Positions 1 to 9,570 are shown, numbered from the stretch's first letter. The stretch: DNA of 43,147 bases from an uncultured Megasphaera sp. (GCA_902464195.1 CABQJB010000001.1:1-43147); one strand, 5' to 3'. Translations and numbers: made by a program. Notes: generated by a model from the sequence alone, not told the origin.

Positions 1-64
1 GGGGTTAGGGGTTAGGGGATGGTTTGAAATTTATGGCCATCTTCTACAAACTACAAACTATAAA
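1..64. repeat. Composite intergenic repeat copy 1: heptamer arm + 24-bp palindromic core + CTACAAA arm (cut by the window edge)
   Basis: GGGGTTA x2, core GATGGTTTGAAATTTATGGCCATC (18-41), then CTACAAA x2; same layout near 19.5, 31.2 and 37.2 kb. Confidence 0.8.
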
Positions 65-65
65 G

Positions 66-116
66 AAAAAGGGACTGCGCATGATGGCAAAAGCCTTTAT
101 GCGACAATCCCCTTTT
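66..116 (-). terminator. Probable intrinsic terminator downstream of raiA RNA (repeated hairpin family)
   Basis: Imperfect inverted repeat AAAAAGGGACTGCGCATGA...TTATGCGACAATCCCCTTTT with A/T tracts at both ends; similar to 31272-31322. Confidence 0.65.
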
Positions 117-118
117 CC

Positions 119-323
119 TGACATGCCTGACCTGGTCTTTACCCCCACACTCGCCTGCTGGGACGTTCGCTCATAGACTGTTGTCCCCCACTACTAGCCC
201 TCTCGCGGTATTTCCGCGGCAGGTCTTACTTCTAGGCCGCACTATGATCAGCACCGCTTTGGGTACCTTACGTGGATCGCTTGGTCTGCGACTGACATCG
301 ACTTCCAACCACAGCACATGTCA
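119..323 (-). ncRNA. raiA motif RNA (large structured ncRNA, ~205 nt)
   Basis: Minus strand reads GUGGUUGGAAGUCGAUGUCAGUCGCAG..CGAUCCACGUAAG..GUGCGGCCUAGAAGUAAGACCUGCCG..AGUAGUG..AGCGAA..CCAGCAGGCGAGUGUGGGGGUAAAGACCAGGUCA, matching recalled raiA-motif blocks in order; closing helix UGACAUG(323-317)/CAUGUCA(125-119). Confidence 0.9.
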
Positions 324-330
324 TTGGTAC

Positions 331-360
331 ATTATACGGGACAGATCCGCCCCTTGTCAA
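331..360 (-). promoter_or_regulatory. Sigma70/SigA promoter for raiA RNA
   Basis: TTGACA (360-355), 18 bp, TATAAT (336-331); predicted start ~324-325, right at the RNA 5' end. Confidence 0.85.
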
Positions 361-362
361 TA

Positions 363-941
363 TCAGAACTTATAGCCCATACCGACCTGCCAGCCTTTGA
401 CATCATCGTCGTAGTTATCGACGTCGACGCTGCTGCTGCGGTATTTGATGTGGGCATCCCAGTTCGGCGTGATGTCGTAGCCGACGCCGACTTCATAGGT
501 ATTGACGTCATCGCCGACACCGACGGATGCAAACCCCTGCCAACGGGCTGCCAGGGGGATCTGGCCTTTGAGGCCTACCTGATAGCCATAGGACTTGGTC
601 GTATTATACGTTTCGGTCTTGACATAGGAGCCGCCGGCAAAGGCCGACAGGTACGGCGTAAAGCGGTAATTGCCGACGAGATAGTTTTCATTGATCTTGT
701 TGTCGTTGTCGCCTTTGGTGTAGTTGTTGACGTACTGGATATCCCAGCGGTTGTTCAGGACGTAAGTGACGTCGCCACCGGTCAGGCGGCTCTTGGCACT
801 GCGGCCCCCTTCTTTCTGGTCGAAGCCGTAGTTGGCGTTGGCCTTCAGGTCACCGGGCTGAGGATCCCGCAGGGGAGCTGCCATGGCAGCCGACGTAATC
901 GTCAATGCGGCCAGGGTCGCTGCAATAATAAGTTTTTTCAT
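363..941 (-). CDS. Outer-membrane beta-barrel protein, function unknown
   Basis: Signal peptide (MKKLIIAA...AMA), amphipathic beta-strand pattern, C-terminal GMGYKF beta-signal; GGAGG RBS. Confidence 0.8.
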   Translation of the reverse strand: MKKLIIAATLAALTITSAAMAAPLRDPQPGDLKANANYGFDQKEGGRSAKSRLTGGDVTYVLNNRWDIQYVNNYTKGDNDNKINENYLVGNYRFTPYLSAFAGGSYVKTETYNTTKSYGYQVGLKGQIPLAARWQGFASVGVGDDVNTYEVGVGYDITPNWDAHIKYRSSSVDVDNYDDDVKGWQVGMGYKF

Positions 942-967
942 AACCTTCCACCTCCATATAATACGGG

Positions 968-2017
968 TTATTTTCTTCCATAATAACGGCTCAGGAGTTC
1001 TTCGCCGGCGGCGATGACCTGGCTCATGGGAATAACCGAAATACCTTTATAATTACCTTCGCGGATAATCTGTTTCATGCTCTTGCCCACTTCATAGTGG
1101 TTCGTCGATTCCAGGACGATGGCCCGGTCCGTATAGGGGCCGTAGAGCTTGGGATTGCTCGGCCCGTAGAGGGCGACCAGAGGGACGCCCTGGCTGACGG
1201 CGACGTGCATGGGGCCGCTGTCGTTGGTGATGAACAGTGAACAGCAGCGGATGGCCGATGCCAGTTCGCCGATGGTGAATTTCCCCGTCGCAATGATCGG
1301 GTCCGATTCCATCTGGGACGTCGCTTCTTTGACCATGTCTTCATCCATAGTGCCGCCGAAGAAGACGCATTTGAAGCCGCGGCGGGCAAAGTAATCGGCG
1401 ACGGCGGCAAAGCGCTTGGCCGGCCAGCGTTTCTGCGGGACGGCGCTGCCGATGTTGAAGCCGATGAGGGCATCGCTGTTGTGGACGCCCTGGGAGCGGT
1501 AGAATTCCGTCGCCTTGTCATCCCAGGCCTTACAGGTAAAGAACTGCAGGCCGTCACTGCGGTAGTCGTCGATGCCCAGCTGAGCCAGGACATTGATGTA
1601 CATATCGGCCGCATGGAGATGGATGCGGTCCAGTCGGGTATAACGGTCCATCAGGGGCCGTACCAGGAAATGACTCATGCCGACAAACTGCTTGGCATGG
1701 ATGACGGCCGCCAGGAAAGACGTCCGTTCATTGGGATGCAGATTGATGAGGATATCGTAATGATGCTGATGCAGACGCCGCCCGATATGCCACAGAGCCC
1801 GGACGGAGTTGTCTTTGCCCTTCTTGTCGACTGTGACCAGGTGGTCGATATTGGGGTTGTAGCGGACGACGTCGGCCACTTTCTCATCGACGACGAGAGT
1901 GATTTCCGAGCCCTGGGCATGACGGCGCAGGACCTGCAGGAACGGGGTGATGAGGATGAGGTCGCCTAGATGCATGAGAAAGGTGACGATTATTTTTTTG
2001 TTGCGCAGATTAATCAT
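968..2017 (-). CDS. GT9 LPS heptosyltransferase (WaaF/WaaQ-like)
   Basis: HLGDLIL..P, KRWP and ITNDSGPMHVA...LYGPS motifs. Confidence 0.88.
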   Translation of the reverse strand: MINLRNKKIIVTFLMHLGDLILITPFLQVLRRHAQGSEITLVVDEKVADVVRYNPNIDHLVTVDKKGKDNSVRALWHIGRRLHQHHYDILINLHPNERTSFLAAVIHAKQFVGMSHFLVRPLMDRYTRLDRIHLHAADMYINVLAQLGIDDYRSDGLQFFTCKAWDDKATEFYRSQGVHNSDALIGFNIGSAVPQKRWPAKRFAAVADYFARRGFKCVFFGGTMDEDMVKEATSQMESDPIIATGKFTIGELASAIRCCSLFITNDSGPMHVAVSQGVPLVALYGPSNPKLYGPYTDRAIVLESTNHYEVGKSMKQIIREGNYKGISVIPMSQVIAAGEELLSRYYGRK

Positions 2018-3045
2018 ATTTCCACCTTCTTCAGGACGCCTTCATAGACCTGCCACAGCGCATCGGGCGTAATCTGGGCCATGCAGTCCGGATCATCGAC
2101 CAGGGGCCGTTCCGGCGTCGCCTGGGACGTCGGCGACAGGACCATGTGGATATAGGCGTCGTCGTTTCCGCCGTAAGGGCCGGTCCGCTGGGGACACGTC
2201 GGCCCAAAGAGGGCGATGAGTTCTTTTTTCAAGGCATTCGCCATGTGCAGCGGCCCCGTATCGGCACTGATATAGAGGGCGCTCTCGGCAATGGCTGCCA
2301 TGAGCTGCCGTAAATCGGTGCGGCCTGTGTAATCGAAGACCCGCCCCGACGAATCGCAGTCTTTCAGAGCCTTCCCTTTGGAGATATCGTCGCCGCTGCC
2401 TAAGAGGACGGCAGCCATGCCGGATGCTGTCAGGCGCTGCAGGAAAGCCTGCCAGTGGGACAAGGGCCATTCCTTGACGCTCCAGCGGGCACCGGGCACG
2501 ATGGCCACATAGGGACCGGTCAGGCCGTCTGCAGCCAGGCGCTGGCGCCAGGCCTGGCGTTCGTCAGTAATATCGGGTAATGGGAATTCGATGGCATCGA
2601 CGCGGCCGCCGAGGACGCGGACCGTATCGAGGTAGCGTTCGATGACGTGGTCGTACTTGTGGGGACCCGTGAGGCCTTTGCTGACCAGGAAACTGCCTTC
2701 GCGCATTTCCCAGTAGCCATAGCGCTCTCTGGCGCCGCTCAAAAAGGCAACGATAGCGCTCTTGGCCAGACCCTGGAGGTCAAAGGATACGTCGAAATGA
2801 TAGGCATGGAGTGTCCGGCGCAGCTCTTTCCAGTACGACAGGGATTTCAGCCGCTTCTTGTCGATATAGATGACCTCGTCGATATAAGGCCTGCCCGGCA
2901 GGACCGGCGCGAACTGTTCATGAACGGCCCAGACGATGCGGGCATCCGGGCAGTTCTGGCGCAGGGCGTAGAGTGTCGGCAGGGCGTGAAGGACGTCGCC
3001 GAGAGAGCTCATCTTGATGACCAGTATGTTCTTATATGCTTTCAC
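2014..3045 (-). CDS. GT9 LPS heptosyltransferase (WaaC-like); start moved to GTG 3045
   Basis: ILVIKMSSLGDVLH, DLQGLAKSA, K.WP, DTGPLHMA..LFGPT; GAAAGGAAGG RBS before GTG. Confidence 0.88.
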   Translation of the reverse strand: MKAYKNILVIKMSSLGDVLHALPTLYALRQNCPDARIVWAVHEQFAPVLPGRPYIDEVIYIDKKRLKSLSYWKELRRTLHAYHFDVSFDLQGLAKSAIVAFLSGARERYGYWEMREGSFLVSKGLTGPHKYDHVIERYLDTVRVLGGRVDAIEFPLPDITDERQAWRQRLAADGLTGPYVAIVPGARWSVKEWPLSHWQAFLQRLTASGMAAVLLGSGDDISKGKALKDCDSSGRVFDYTGRTDLRQLMAAIAESALYISADTGPLHMANALKKELIALFGPTCPQRTGPYGGNDDAYIHMVLSPTSQATPERPLVDDPDCMAQITPDALWQVYEGVLKKVEI

Positions 3046-3553
3046 GGCCCTTCCTTTCTGCGACAATGGCCCGGACGAAGTCGTCCAGTCTGCCGCCGGT
3101 AAATAAATAGCCGTCCATGCCGGCCCGCTGTCCACATTCCACGTCGCGGGGCATATCGCCGATCATGAAGGACTGTTTCAAATCAATATCGTAATCTTTC
3201 GCCGCCTGCAGGACCATGCCCGGCGCCGGCTTGCGCCAGTCGCTCTTCTTGTCATAGGCCTTGACCGGTGCCCCTTCGAGATAAGGGCAGTAATAGACGG
3301 CTGTAATGATGCCGCCGGCTTTGGCCGCTTCCCGGCACATCCAGTCGTGGAGGGCCTTTACATCGTCTTCCGTATAATAGCCGCGGGCAACGCCGCTCTG
3401 GTTGGTAACGACGATGATGGCATAGCCTTCTTTCGTCAGATAGGCCAGGGCTTCTTTGGCCCCGTCCATCCATTCAAAATCCTTGATGAAGCCTAAATAG
3501 GATTTGTCGACGTTGAGGACGCCGTCACGGTCGAAAAAGACGGCCTTCCTCAT
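3032..3553 (-). CDS. gmhB: D-glycero-D-manno-heptose 1,7-bisphosphate phosphatase
   Basis: HAD motifs FFDRDGVLN, VVTNQSG, RKP.PGM, MIGD; heptose operon context. Confidence 0.9.
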   Translation of the reverse strand: MRKAVFFDRDGVLNVDKSYLGFIKDFEWMDGAKEALAYLTKEGYAIIVVTNQSGVARGYYTEDDVKALHDWMCREAAKAGGIITAVYYCPYLEGAPVKAYDKKSDWRKPAPGMVLQAAKDYDIDLKQSFMIGDMPRDVECGQRAGMDGYLFTGGRLDDFVRAIVAERKGRESI

Positions 3554-4515
3554 TCGTAATACCCGTCGCTCTTTTCCAGGATGCTGCAGTATTCTTTGAC
3601 AGCTTCCGGAAGCAGGGTAAAGCCGCGGTCGTAACCGGCTTCCATAAGCTTCGTCGTGTCAGCCTGAGTATAGCTCTGGTATTTGCCCTTGAGGATGTCC
3701 GGGAAGGGGACGTATTCGATATGGCCTTTGCCGCAATAATCGATGACGCCCTGGACGAATTCATTGAACGTATGGCCGATGCCGGTGCCGCAGTTGTAGA
3801 TGCCCGACAGGTCCGGATGTTCCCAGAAATAGAAGATGACGTTGACTACGTCGTTGACGTAGATGAAGTCGCGGATCTGGCCGCCGTTTTCATAACCGTC
3901 TGTTCCTTCAAAGAGGGTGATTTTCCCCTTTTCCTGGAGTTCATGGTACTTCTGGTAGATGAGCGAAGCCATGCGGTCCTTGTGGTTTTCCTGGGGACCG
4001 AAGACATTGAAATAACGGAAGCCGACGATCTGGCTCTTGGCCAGGGGCATGACGCGGCGGACGAAGCGGTCGAACTGGAGCTTGGAATAGGCATAGGGAT
4101 TCAGAGCCTGTTCGCAGGCCGGGTCTTCGCGGAAGCCGTGCCTGCCGCTGCCATAAGTCGAAGCCGACGAAGCATAGAGGAAGGGAATCTTGCGCTGCAT
4201 GCAGTAGCGCAGGAGATTCTTGCTGCCTTCATAATTGTTCTTCATCATGTAGCGGCCGTCGTAGTTCATCGTATCCGAGCAGGCCCCTTCATGGAAGACG
4301 ACGTCGATGTAGCCACAGTCGAAGGTATCGTCGGCCATCTGTTCATCGAAGTCGGCATAGTCCATATAATCAAAGAAATCGAGGCCCTGGAGATTTCGGC
4401 ATTTGCGGCCATCCGTCAGGTCGTCGACGATGAGGATGTCGTTGACGCCCCGATTATTCAACTGTTTTACGATATTGCTGCCGATAAAACCGGCACCGCC
4501 TGTTACAATTTTCAT
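3550..4515 (-). CDS. hldD: ADP-L-glycero-D-manno-heptose 6-epimerase
   Basis: VTGGAGFIGSN, HEGACSDT, YASSA, Y..SK, RYFNVFGP.E.HK, YQSYTQAD. Confidence 0.95.
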   Translation of the reverse strand: MKIVTGGAGFIGSNIVKQLNNRGVNDILIVDDLTDGRKCRNLQGLDFFDYMDYADFDEQMADDTFDCGYIDVVFHEGACSDTMNYDGRYMMKNNYEGSKNLLRYCMQRKIPFLYASSASTYGSGRHGFREDPACEQALNPYAYSKLQFDRFVRRVMPLAKSQIVGFRYFNVFGPQENHKDRMASLIYQKYHELQEKGKITLFEGTDGYENGGQIRDFIYVNDVVNVIFYFWEHPDLSGIYNCGTGIGHTFNEFVQGVIDYCGKGHIEYVPFPDILKGKYQSYTQADTTKLMEAGYDRGFTLLPEAVKEYCSILEKSDGYYE

Positions 4516-5993
4516 AGTTTCCCCTTCTTTACTAAATCAGCGATTTTCTGGATCAGGCCTGTCGTCGAATATCCGTCTTCAAAGGAAATGATTTCGACGC
4601 GTTTGACCGATTCCCGGCCGACGACTTCATCGGCTTTGTAGTCGCCGCCTTTGACCAGGATATCCGGACGCAGGACCTGCAAAAGTTCTTTCGGTGTATC
4701 TTCTTCGAAGATGACGACTTCATCGACACAGGCCAGAGCACTCAAAAGAATGGCCCGGTCTTCCTGTTTGACCAGGGGCCGCGTTTCCCCTTTCAGGCGC
4801 CGCACGGACGCATCGGAGTTGAGCCCGACGACGAGGTGCTGGCCCAGCATGGCCGCCTGCTGCAGGTAGAGGACATGGCCGCGGTGCAGGATGTCGAAGC
4901 AGCCGTTGGTAAAGACGACGGTATCGCCTTTTTTCTGCCATTGACGTATCTTTTCAGCCGCTTCTTCCCGGCTCAAGGGCTGGTACGGATGCCAGTGGGC
5001 CGGCTGCCATTCCTGCCAGAGTTTAAGCAGTTCATGGCGATGGATGGGATAGGTCCCTACCTTGGTGACGACGATGCCGGCTGCAGCATTGGCAATCTGC
5101 AGGCTCGTGCGGATCGACAAGTGACCGGCAATGGCCGATAAGAAAGCCGCTGCTACCGTGTCGCCGGCACCGGATACATCGAAGACTTCCCGCGCCGTCG
5201 CCGGGTTGTTCCACACCTTGCCGTCCCGGCCGATGACGGTGATGCCCTTTTCCGAGCGGGTCACCATGAGGTGGGCAAACTGATACTGTTCATGCAGGAT
5301 TTCCGCTGCCGCCACGACAGCCTGGCCTTCATTGGCTACGGGCCGTCCCAGGCAGTCGCTCAGTTCTTTCATGTTCGGCGTCACGAAATCGGCACCGTTG
5401 TATTTCGTCCAATCGCTGCCCTTGGGGTCGACCAGGACGGGAATCCCGGCCCGATTGGCTTCTTTGATGATGCTCTGAGCCAGGGAATCGGTAAGGACGC
5501 CTTTCTTATAGTCTGACAGGATGATGCCGTCCAGACCGGCTGCCACGCAATTGTACAGCCAGGTCATGAGCTTTTCCTCTTCCCTAACCGCCAAGGGTGT
5601 CACTTCTTCGAAATCCAGGCGTACCATCTGCTGACGGGCGCCGAGGATACGCATTTTCGTCGTCGTCGCGTGGTCCTGGCGCACGACCAGGCCCGAGCCG
5701 TCGATGTGGGATTCTTCCAGCAGCTGGTGCAGGAGAGATGCATTTTCATCGTCGCCGATGAGGCCGCCCAGAAAGACGTGGCAGTCGAGATTGGCCAAGT
5801 TCGAGGCTACGTTGGCTGCCCCGCCCAGGACGGATGTCATGTGATCGACTTTATTGACAGGTACCGGCGCTTCCGGCGAAATGCGTTCCACCTTGCCGAA
5901 TACATAGCGGTCGACCATGATGTCGCCGATGACGGCGATGCGCAATTCCGGCAGGACATGGTTCAAAAAATGATCGATATAATTTTCTGTCAT
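4512..5993 (-). CDS. hldE: Bifunctional heptose 7-phosphate kinase / heptose 1-phosphate adenylyltransferase; start moved to ATG 5993
   Basis: RISPEAPVP, GGAANVA, DVSGAGDT (PfkB domain) plus FTNGCFDILHRGH, LVKGGDY (cytidylyltransferase-like domain); GAGGA RBS. Confidence 0.95.
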   Translation of the reverse strand: MTENYIDHFLNHVLPELRIAVIGDIMVDRYVFGKVERISPEAPVPVNKVDHMTSVLGGAANVASNLANLDCHVFLGGLIGDDENASLLHQLLEESHIDGSGLVVRQDHATTTKMRILGARQQMVRLDFEEVTPLAVREEEKLMTWLYNCVAAGLDGIILSDYKKGVLTDSLAQSIIKEANRAGIPVLVDPKGSDWTKYNGADFVTPNMKELSDCLGRPVANEGQAVVAAAEILHEQYQFAHLMVTRSEKGITVIGRDGKVWNNPATAREVFDVSGAGDTVAAAFLSAIAGHLSIRTSLQIANAAAGIVVTKVGTYPIHRHELLKLWQEWQPAHWHPYQPLSREEAAEKIRQWQKKGDTVVFTNGCFDILHRGHVLYLQQAAMLGQHLVVGLNSDASVRRLKGETRPLVKQEDRAILLSALACVDEVVIFEEDTPKELLQVLRPDILVKGGDYKADEVVGRESVKRVEIISFEDGYSTTGLIQKIADLVKKGKL

Positions 5994-6015
5994 AATGTTC
6001 CTCGATTCCGGTCTC

Positions 6016-6480
6016 TTATTTCTTTTCTTTCGTGCCCATGAGATGCTGCAGTTCAGCCATGAAACTGTCCAGATCGGCGAATTCGCGGTATACGGAAGCA
6101 AAGCGGATATAAGCGACTTCGTCGACAGAGCGCAGCTCACTGAGGACCATTTCCCCAATTTTTTCGCTGGACACTTCCTGGGCCAGGGTATTGCGGATGT
6201 TGCGCTCGACCTTGGTGACGATATCTTCCAGCTGCTGCCGCGTCACTTCCCGCTTGTTGCAGGCCCGGAGCAGGCCATTCAATAATTTGTTGCGATCAAA
6301 TAATTCATGACGGCCATCTTTCTTGACGACGACGAGCGGCACTTCTTCGACCATTTCATACGTCGTGAAACGGCGGCCGCACTGCTGGCATTCACGCCGG
6401 CGACGGATGGCCTTGCCGTCATCGGTAGCCCGCGAATCCGTTACTTTTGTATCTGCACATTGGCAAAATGGGCATCTCAT
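6016..6480 (-). CDS. nrdR: Transcriptional repressor NrdR
   Basis: MRCPFC zinc ribbon, IRRRREC..C..RFTTYE, ATP cone, VAYIRFASVY. Confidence 0.97.
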   Translation of the reverse strand: MRCPFCQCADTKVTDSRATDDGKAIRRRRECQQCGRRFTTYEMVEEVPLVVVKKDGRHELFDRNKLLNGLLRACNKREVTRQQLEDIVTKVERNIRNTLAQEVSSEKIGEMVLSELRSVDEVAYIRFASVYREFADLDSFMAELQHLMGTKEKK

Positions 6481-6517
6481 GTTTTTTTCCTCCTACCTTC
6501 TTCTCGACGGTATTTTT

Positions 6518-6551
6518 AAAAAAAAGCGGGTCCGCCGGGATCCGCTTTTTT
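6518..6551 (-). terminator. Intrinsic terminator after ftsZ
   Basis: A8-GCGGGTCC-GCCG-GGATCCGC-T6 hairpin just after the ftsZ stop. Confidence 0.75.
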
Positions 6552-6559
6552 CATGCTGA

Positions 6560-7597
6560 TTATCTCATCCACGTAGGAATTTCTACGCCGCCGGCATTGT
6601 CTTTCGTATCGCCGGCTTTGGCTGCTGTACCAGTGCCCTGGCCAAATGCGGGAATCGAAGACGGTTCTTTGCCAAAACCTGTAGCCACGACAGTGATGCG
6701 GATGGAATCTTCCATATCCGGATCAATGACGGAACCAAAGATGATGTTGGCTTCCGGATCGACAGCTTCAGCCACTTTTTCAGCGGCTTCGTTGATTTCG
6801 TACAAGCTGATATCCGGGCCGCCGGTAACGTTGAGCAAGATGCTCTGGGCACCGTCGATGCTCGTTTCCAGGAGAGCGCTGTGAATAGCCCCGTCGACAG
6901 CTTCGACAGCACGGTTTTCACCGGAGCCGACGCCGATACCCATGATAGCTTCACCCTGATCGGACATGATAGTCTTGACATCGGCGAAGTCCAGGTTGAT
7001 GAGGCCTGTTGTCGTAATCAAATCGGAAATGCCCTGTACGCCCTGGCGGAGGACATCGTCAGCGACGAGGAATGCGTCTTTGAGCGGCGTCTTCTTGTCG
7101 ATGATCTGGAGCAATTTATCGTTCGGAATGGTGATGATCGTGTCAACCTTTTCCTTCAAGTAGTCAGCGCCTTTGTCAGCGACTTCCTTACGGCGTTTCC
7201 CTTCAAAAGAGAACGGCTTGGTAACGACAGCCACTGTGAGGGCTCCCATTTCCTTGGCACATTCGGCAACGATAGGTGCTGCACCTGTCCCGGTACCGCC
7301 GCCCATGCCGGCTGTGACGAAGACCATGTCGGCACCCTGCAGGGCCTTGACGATTTCTTCTTTGCTTTCCAGGGCAGCCTGTTCACCGACCTGGGGGTTG
7401 GCACCGGCACCGAGGCCGCGCGTCAATTTTTCACCGATCTGGATCTTAACATCGGCTTTGGATACTTCCAGGACCTGGTCTTCTGTATTGACCGAAATGA
7501 ACTGGACACCCTGCAAGCCGCTTTCTATCATACGGTTGACTGCATTGTTACCGCCGCCACCGACACCTATTACTTTTATGTTTGCAAACTCTGCCAT
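6560..7597 (-). CDS. ftsZ: Cell division protein FtsZ; start moved to ATG 7597
   Basis: [24 protein letters not shown] signature, NLDFAD, C-terminal IPTWMR peptide; AAGGAGG RBS. Confidence 0.98.
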   Translation of the reverse strand: MAEFANIKVIGVGGGGNNAVNRMIESGLQGVQFISVNTEDQVLEVSKADVKIQIGEKLTRGLGAGANPQVGEQAALESKEEIVKALQGADMVFVTAGMGGGTGTGAAPIVAECAKEMGALTVAVVTKPFSFEGKRRKEVADKGADYLKEKVDTIITIPNDKLLQIIDKKTPLKDAFLVADDVLRQGVQGISDLITTTGLINLDFADVKTIMSDQGEAIMGIGVGSGENRAVEAVDGAIHSALLETSIDGAQSILLNVTGGPDISLYEINEAAEKVAEAVDPEANIIFGSVIDPDMEDSIRITVVATGFGKEPSSIPAFGQGTGTAAKAGDTKDNAGGVEIPTWMR

Positions 7598-7716
7598 ATC
7601 GCATTTTCCTCCTTCAGACTCTATAACGCACACCCTGTGCAGTAGGATTCCTTATTATTTTACACTATCTTAGAAAATTTATCTACCTGTTTTTGAAAAT
7701 CAAGGCCCTATGCGCC

Positions 7717-8628
7717 TTATTTCGTCTTGACAAGGGGCGAGCGCACATCCGTGTCGATGTATTGGACGGCCAGATGATTTTCCTGAACTTCAGCCAGCAG
7801 CGTTTCCGTCAGCTTCGCCCGTTCTGCCGGTTCATCGCCGCTGCCCAGGTGGATGGGGATGGAATCGGTCGTATAGGCGACGATGCTTTCGGGATTGCCG
7901 ACGTTGATTTCAGCGATATTCTTGAGAATATCCGGCGGCAGGCTCTGGAGATAGACCATGGCCGAATGAAGGGTCGGATCCGTCACCGTATCGCCTAAAA
8001 GCAGGTTGTCGACTTTCTTGCCCGTCATGATTGGCAGGGATACGCCTTTGATCTGCGGTCCCAGTTCGATGACCCGCCCCGTCTTATCGACATAAGCGAA
8101 ACCATAGAGCGTCGTGATGACGGCGGCCGGCTTGCGTTCCGTCAAAGTGACGTGGATCGTCGCCGGGAATTCCCGCGTCACTGTCGCATCGGCAATGCGC
8201 AGGTCCTTCTTCAGCCGTTCTTCCACATCGTCTGTCGACAACTGGATGACGTTAACATAGGAATAGGCCCCGCAAGCCCGGTAGACGTCTTCGAAGGACA
8301 TGTTTTCATTACCATCGACGATGATCGTCCCGAAAGACACGGGCGCCAGGCGCAGGAAGAGCCAGATGACGAAGACGCCGAGGACTGTGAAAATACAGCC
8401 GACGCGGCGGCGCCGGGCCCAGATCTGTTTCTGCCGGGCCCGCTTCTTCTTCAGCCGTGCCGCCTGGCGGGCCTTGCGGCGGCGCTGGGCTTCCTTCTTG
8501 GCGGCCAGGGCTTCCCGGTCCGGTTCGTTCAGCGGGTCGTTCTCAAGATGAGGAGGAACAAACACATCATGAGGATCGTTAGGCAGCACGACCCGTCGCT
8601 GCCCCGTATGATATGATTTCTTTCCCAT
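7717..8628 (-). CDS. ftsQ: Cell division protein FtsQ/DivIB
   Basis: Basic N-terminus, one TM, POTRA-like region (FPATIHV.LTER), C-terminal YID.. motif; between ddl and ftsZ. Confidence 0.85.
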   Translation of the reverse strand: MGKKSYHTGQRRVVLPNDPHDVFVPPHLENDPLNEPDREALAAKKEAQRRRKARQAARLKKKRARQKQIWARRRRVGCIFTVLGVFVIWLFLRLAPVSFGTIIVDGNENMSFEDVYRACGAYSYVNVIQLSTDDVEERLKKDLRIADATVTREFPATIHVTLTERKPAAVITTLYGFAYVDKTGRVIELGPQIKGVSLPIMTGKKVDNLLLGDTVTDPTLHSAMVYLQSLPPDILKNIAEINVGNPESIVAYTTDSIPIHLGSGDEPAERAKLTETLLAEVQENHLAVQYIDTDVRSPLVKTK

Positions 8629-9566
8629 TAAAACTTACCTACCGATGCTTCCAGCAAAATCTTTTCACACAAATCTTCAAAGGACATACCCATGGCACGG
8701 GCTGCATCGGGGACCAGGCTGGTCGCCGTCATGCCCGGGACGGTGTTGATTTCCAGGACGAAGGGATGGCCTTCTTTATCGGTCATGATATCGACGCGGG
8801 ATACGCCGCTGCAGTGGCACAGGTGGAAGACATTCAGGGCCAGGTCCTGCATTTCCTTAGTCAGTTCCGGCGAAATCGGGGCCGGACAGAGGTGCTTGGC
8901 AACACCTGGGGCATACTTGGAATAGAAGTCGTACTTGCCCGTACTGGACACGATCTGGATGACCGGGAAGGCCACGTCGTCCATGACGGCGACGGTGAAT
9001 TCATCGCCATCAATGAAGGCTTCAGCAACCAGCGAAGCGCTGTACTTGAAGGCTTCTTCCAGGGCCGGACGGAGTTCATCCTTCGTCTGTACGATGACCG
9101 TACCGATGCTCGATCCCTGGCCGGACGACTTGATGACGACAGGCAAGTCGAAGCGCTGTTCGATGTCGGCAGCGATGGCTTCGCGGTCCTGAGTGGCGAA
9201 ATAGTAGGCAAAAGGTGCGGTGGCAATCCCAGCACCCTGGAAAGCGGCCTTGCTCATGACCTTGTTCATGCCGACAGCACTGGCCATGACGCCCGGGCCG
9301 GTATAGGGAATCCCCATCATTTCACATAAGCCCTGGATGACGCCGTCTTCACCGTAGCGGCCGTGAAGGGCGTTGAAGACGATGTCGATGCCCTTTTCGG
9401 TCAAGGTCTTGGCGAATTCTTTCGGCACGAGTTCGATTGTTTCGATGTGATATCCTTTCTTGGTCAAAGCGTCAGCAATGGCAGCTCCAGTGCGGCGCGA
9501 TACTTCTGCTTCTGTCGAAGGACCGCCGACGACGACGGCAATTTTTTTATCTTTCATGTCTTCCAT
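8628..9566 (-). CDS. ddl: D-alanine--D-alanine ligase
   Basis: GGPSTEAEVS, LHGRYGEDG, GSSIG, YDFYSKY, LEINTVPGMT..SLVP. Confidence 0.96.
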   Translation of the reverse strand: MEDMKDKKIAVVVGGPSTEAEVSRRTGAAIADALTKKGYHIETIELVPKEFAKTLTEKGIDIVFNALHGRYGEDGVIQGLCEMMGIPYTGPGVMASAVGMNKVMSKAAFQGAGIATAPFAYYFATQDREAIAADIEQRFDLPVVIKSSGQGSSIGTVIVQTKDELRPALEEAFKYSASLVAEAFIDGDEFTVAVMDDVAFPVIQIVSSTGKYDFYSKYAPGVAKHLCPAPISPELTKEMQDLALNVFHLCHCSGVSRVDIMTDKEGHPFVLEINTVPGMTATSLVPDAARAMGMSFEDLCEKILLEASVGKF

Positions 9567-9570
9567 TTCC

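Noticed and set aside
1..17. Telomere-like GGGGTTA repeats at the window start
   Set aside because: Only about two units, in the position of the left heptamer arm of the composite repeat; context is internal bacterial chromosome
181..375. 64-aa plus-strand ORF
   Set aside because: Antisense to the raiA RNA and its promoter; no RBS or recognisable protein features
5994..6158. N-terminal extensions in the ORF track (hldE; also the GT9 at 3135, murC, mraZ, response regulator, queT, acetolactate synthase)
   Set aside because: They overlap upstream genes or regulatory DNA; downstream starts match the family N-termini and mostly have clear RBSs
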